Source: Tubulanus polymorphus (Eukaryota; Animalia; Nemertea). Taken from it: 64,000 nt of DNA. Below the pieces are notes generated by a model. That model had not been told where the DNA came from and made no database searches. It saw nothing but the letters and a program-made list of their open reading frames with translations. Position numbers and translations under genes: made by a program. The first letter of the stretch is position 1; each line of letters begins with the position of its first letter. The stretch is taken from NCBI RefSeq assembly GCF_964204645.1, contig NC_134028.1, positions 12,075,263-12,139,262 of the forward strand. The letters run 5' to 3'. This document shows positions 61,805-64,000 of this stretch, one piece after another.

Positions 61805-63385
61805 AACACCGTTGATATTAGTCAATTTATTGCTGATAACATTAACGTTGACAAATTCTCTTCATGGTTTGAGTTGCGTCGGTTTGTTGCCAGGGTGTTA
61901 CGAGCTATAAAAAAGTTCTTGTCGTTTATTTCACACATGCATGTTAGTCCTGTAAAGAGTGGTTGGCTTTTATTCCGCTCGGAAATAGATGAAGCGGCTG
62001 ATGGGATTTTGCCTAGGAGAAGTTCACTGTTGCCTTTGCGGCCATTAATTAATGACAGTGTTCTTAGAGTAAGGGGGAGATTGTCTAGAGCTGATGTACC
62101 CTTCGAAGCGAAACATCAGGTTTTGTGCATCAAATAACTCGATTGATCATTACTGATATCCATGAAAACTTATATCATTCTGGTCCTGAACATGTCATAT
62201 CTGAAATTCGCCAGAGATACTGGCCATTAAAAGCACGTAGTTTGGTGCAGAGTGTTATTTGTAGGTGCATAGAATGTCGCAAAAGAACGATCAAACCAAC
62301 AGTTCCAATCATGAGTGATTTGCCCATTGCGCGAATAAGCGGTTACACTCGACCTTTCACATTTACTGGTGTTGATTATTTTGGCCCGATGTTGGTTAAA
62401 CAGGGAAGAAGTAGAATTAAACGATGGGGTTGCCTTTTCACATGTTTGGTTACTATAGCTATCCACCTCGAATTAGCGGATAGTTTGGAGACAGATGCAT
62501 TCATTCTTGTGTTACGAAATATGATCGGGCGTCGTTCTAAACCTTCTGAGATATTTAATGATAATGGAACGAATCTAGTGGGTGCTGAAAAAGAAGCATG
62601 AAGCTTTATTGCAATTAAATCAGCATCAAATACACAATTTTCTACTTCAGCGGGGAATTAAATGGCATTTTTCACCTCCCTGTGCACCTCACTTTGGGGG
62701 TGCATGGGAGAGACTCGTTAAATCAACAAAACGAGTACTTAAACAGGTTCTCAAAGAACAATTGGTAACAGAATCCGTATTACGAACGGCCTTGGTTGAG
62801 ACCGAAGCTGTTATCAACAGTAGGCCTATTACCTATAATAGTACTGATCCAACAGATTTCACCCCTTTCACACCGAATCATTTTTTGTTGGGAGGTTCCT
62901 GTAATATTGAATGTCCAGGTGTATTTTGCGAGAAAGAAATCAACAGTCGAAAACGGTGGCGTCAAAGCCAAATGATCGATGACCATATCTGGCGTCGGTG
63001 GTGTAGAGAATATCTACCCAATATAACGGTACAAAACAAATGGTTTAAAGACAGCCGCGTAATGAAAACTGGTGACTTGGTTTTGCTCGTTGACACCAAC
63101 CTACCTCGTGGCCAGTGGTTTTGGCTAGAGTGATTGGAGTTTGCCCGGGTCCGGATGGTCGTGTTCGTGTCATTAGAGTAAGAACCAAAAATGGTTCCGA
63201 GTTTTTGAGACCGTTAACAAAGGTTGCTGTTCTTGAAGAAAGTGTGGATTAATTGAATATTTTCTTGGTTACTGCATTTTGCATTATGAAATTAATATGA
63301 ATTGTATTAATATTTCTATTCAGCGTGTTTGAGTAATGAAATAACGTTTTGACGTCATCAAGTATCAGACGTCAAGGGGGCGCCG

Positions 63386-63882
63386 TGTAACATATTAAAC
63401 TTTTTTTTTATTTTTTTTTATTTTGTGTGCTTTGATTAGATATTCATACTTTGTGTTTCTAGAGTTTGATTTCTTTGAATTAATCTACTGCATTTCTATA
63501 TTCTGTTAGATTTCTTGCTTGAATTAAGCTTCCAGAATTTACATTCATGCTATACATATCACATTCACCCGTGTATAGTTTACTGTACTGTAGAACTTTA
63601 TTTAAAGTCATGGTGTAGCATATTTCGGGGCTTTTTGCCAGCATTAGACGTACACTCGACATGGTTCTTGTAAGTAAAAATCTGTTGGAATTAGAATTTA
63701 GGAAATATTTAGGCCTACTATGTACATTACTGATAATTCTTCTATTTATTTCTGTTAATTTTGTTAATTTGAATACTGTATTATTTGTTTATTTGTAGTT
63801 AACCACACATCTTCGTGTGTCAGAAATAAAACTTGTGCGTTAAAGAACCGTCGTAATTTTCTTTATGTCGCTCTCATCGACA
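63386..63882 (+). repeat. 3' LTR (497 bp)
   Basis: TGTAACA...ATCGACA followed by TSD TGGAG. Confidence 0.95.
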
Positions 63883-64000
63883 TGGAGGGAGAAATGAAAC
63901 CTGCAACCTCAGTATCACAACATACCTGTACTTTCCAATTGTGATGCACATTCTCCTCTATTGTCTGGACTGCTTTTATCTAGCACAGTTGGTAAATCCT

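Larger units (their letters stand above)
56075..63252 (+). pseudogene. BEL/Pao gag-pol polyprotein, multiply frameshifted and interrupted
   Basis: Gag PVFDG and knuckles (CILC..H, CFNC..H..C, CHIC..HHTTIH), protease LLDSAS, RT WYLPHH..RAVFDA..FYVDD, RNase H LHVFCDASE, integrase HSGPEH..CIEC, GVDYFGP, DNGTN, GGAWERLV, FTPNHFL. Confidence 0.95.
55565..63882 (+). mobile_element. Full-length decayed BEL/Pao LTR retrotransposon
   Basis: Two TG..CA LTRs, 5-bp TSD TGGAG (55560-55564, 63883-63887), purine-rich tract at 63374-63385, gag-PR-RT-RH-IN order. Confidence 0.97.

Overview
AT-rich eukaryotic (animal, probably invertebrate) genomic DNA. It is the interior of one large minus-strand gene, a KATNIP/KIAA0556 (katanin-interacting protein) orthologue. 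Five phase-compatible coding exons (701 nt in total) are recoverable, separated by introns of up to ~19.5 kb that are almost entirely transposon-derived. The intronic content includes: a full-length but decayed BEL/Pao LTR retrotransposon (499/497-bp LTRs, TGGAG TSD) interrupted by a Penelope-like element carrying a minimal hammerhead ribozyme; a 5.4-kb hAT-like transposase element with a 6-bp TSD, itself hit by two MITEs and nested in a Helentron/HINE-like element; several more 6-bp and 5-bp TSD MITEs; pogo/Tc1-like and Harbinger-like MITEs; many HINE-like copies, some nested at an equivalent site; a CR1/L2-type LINE; tRNA-derived Pol III cassettes; minisatellites; and a ~1-kb near-perfect palindrome. 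Most listed short ORFs are spurious. All calls come from reading the sequence by eye; no database search was run.
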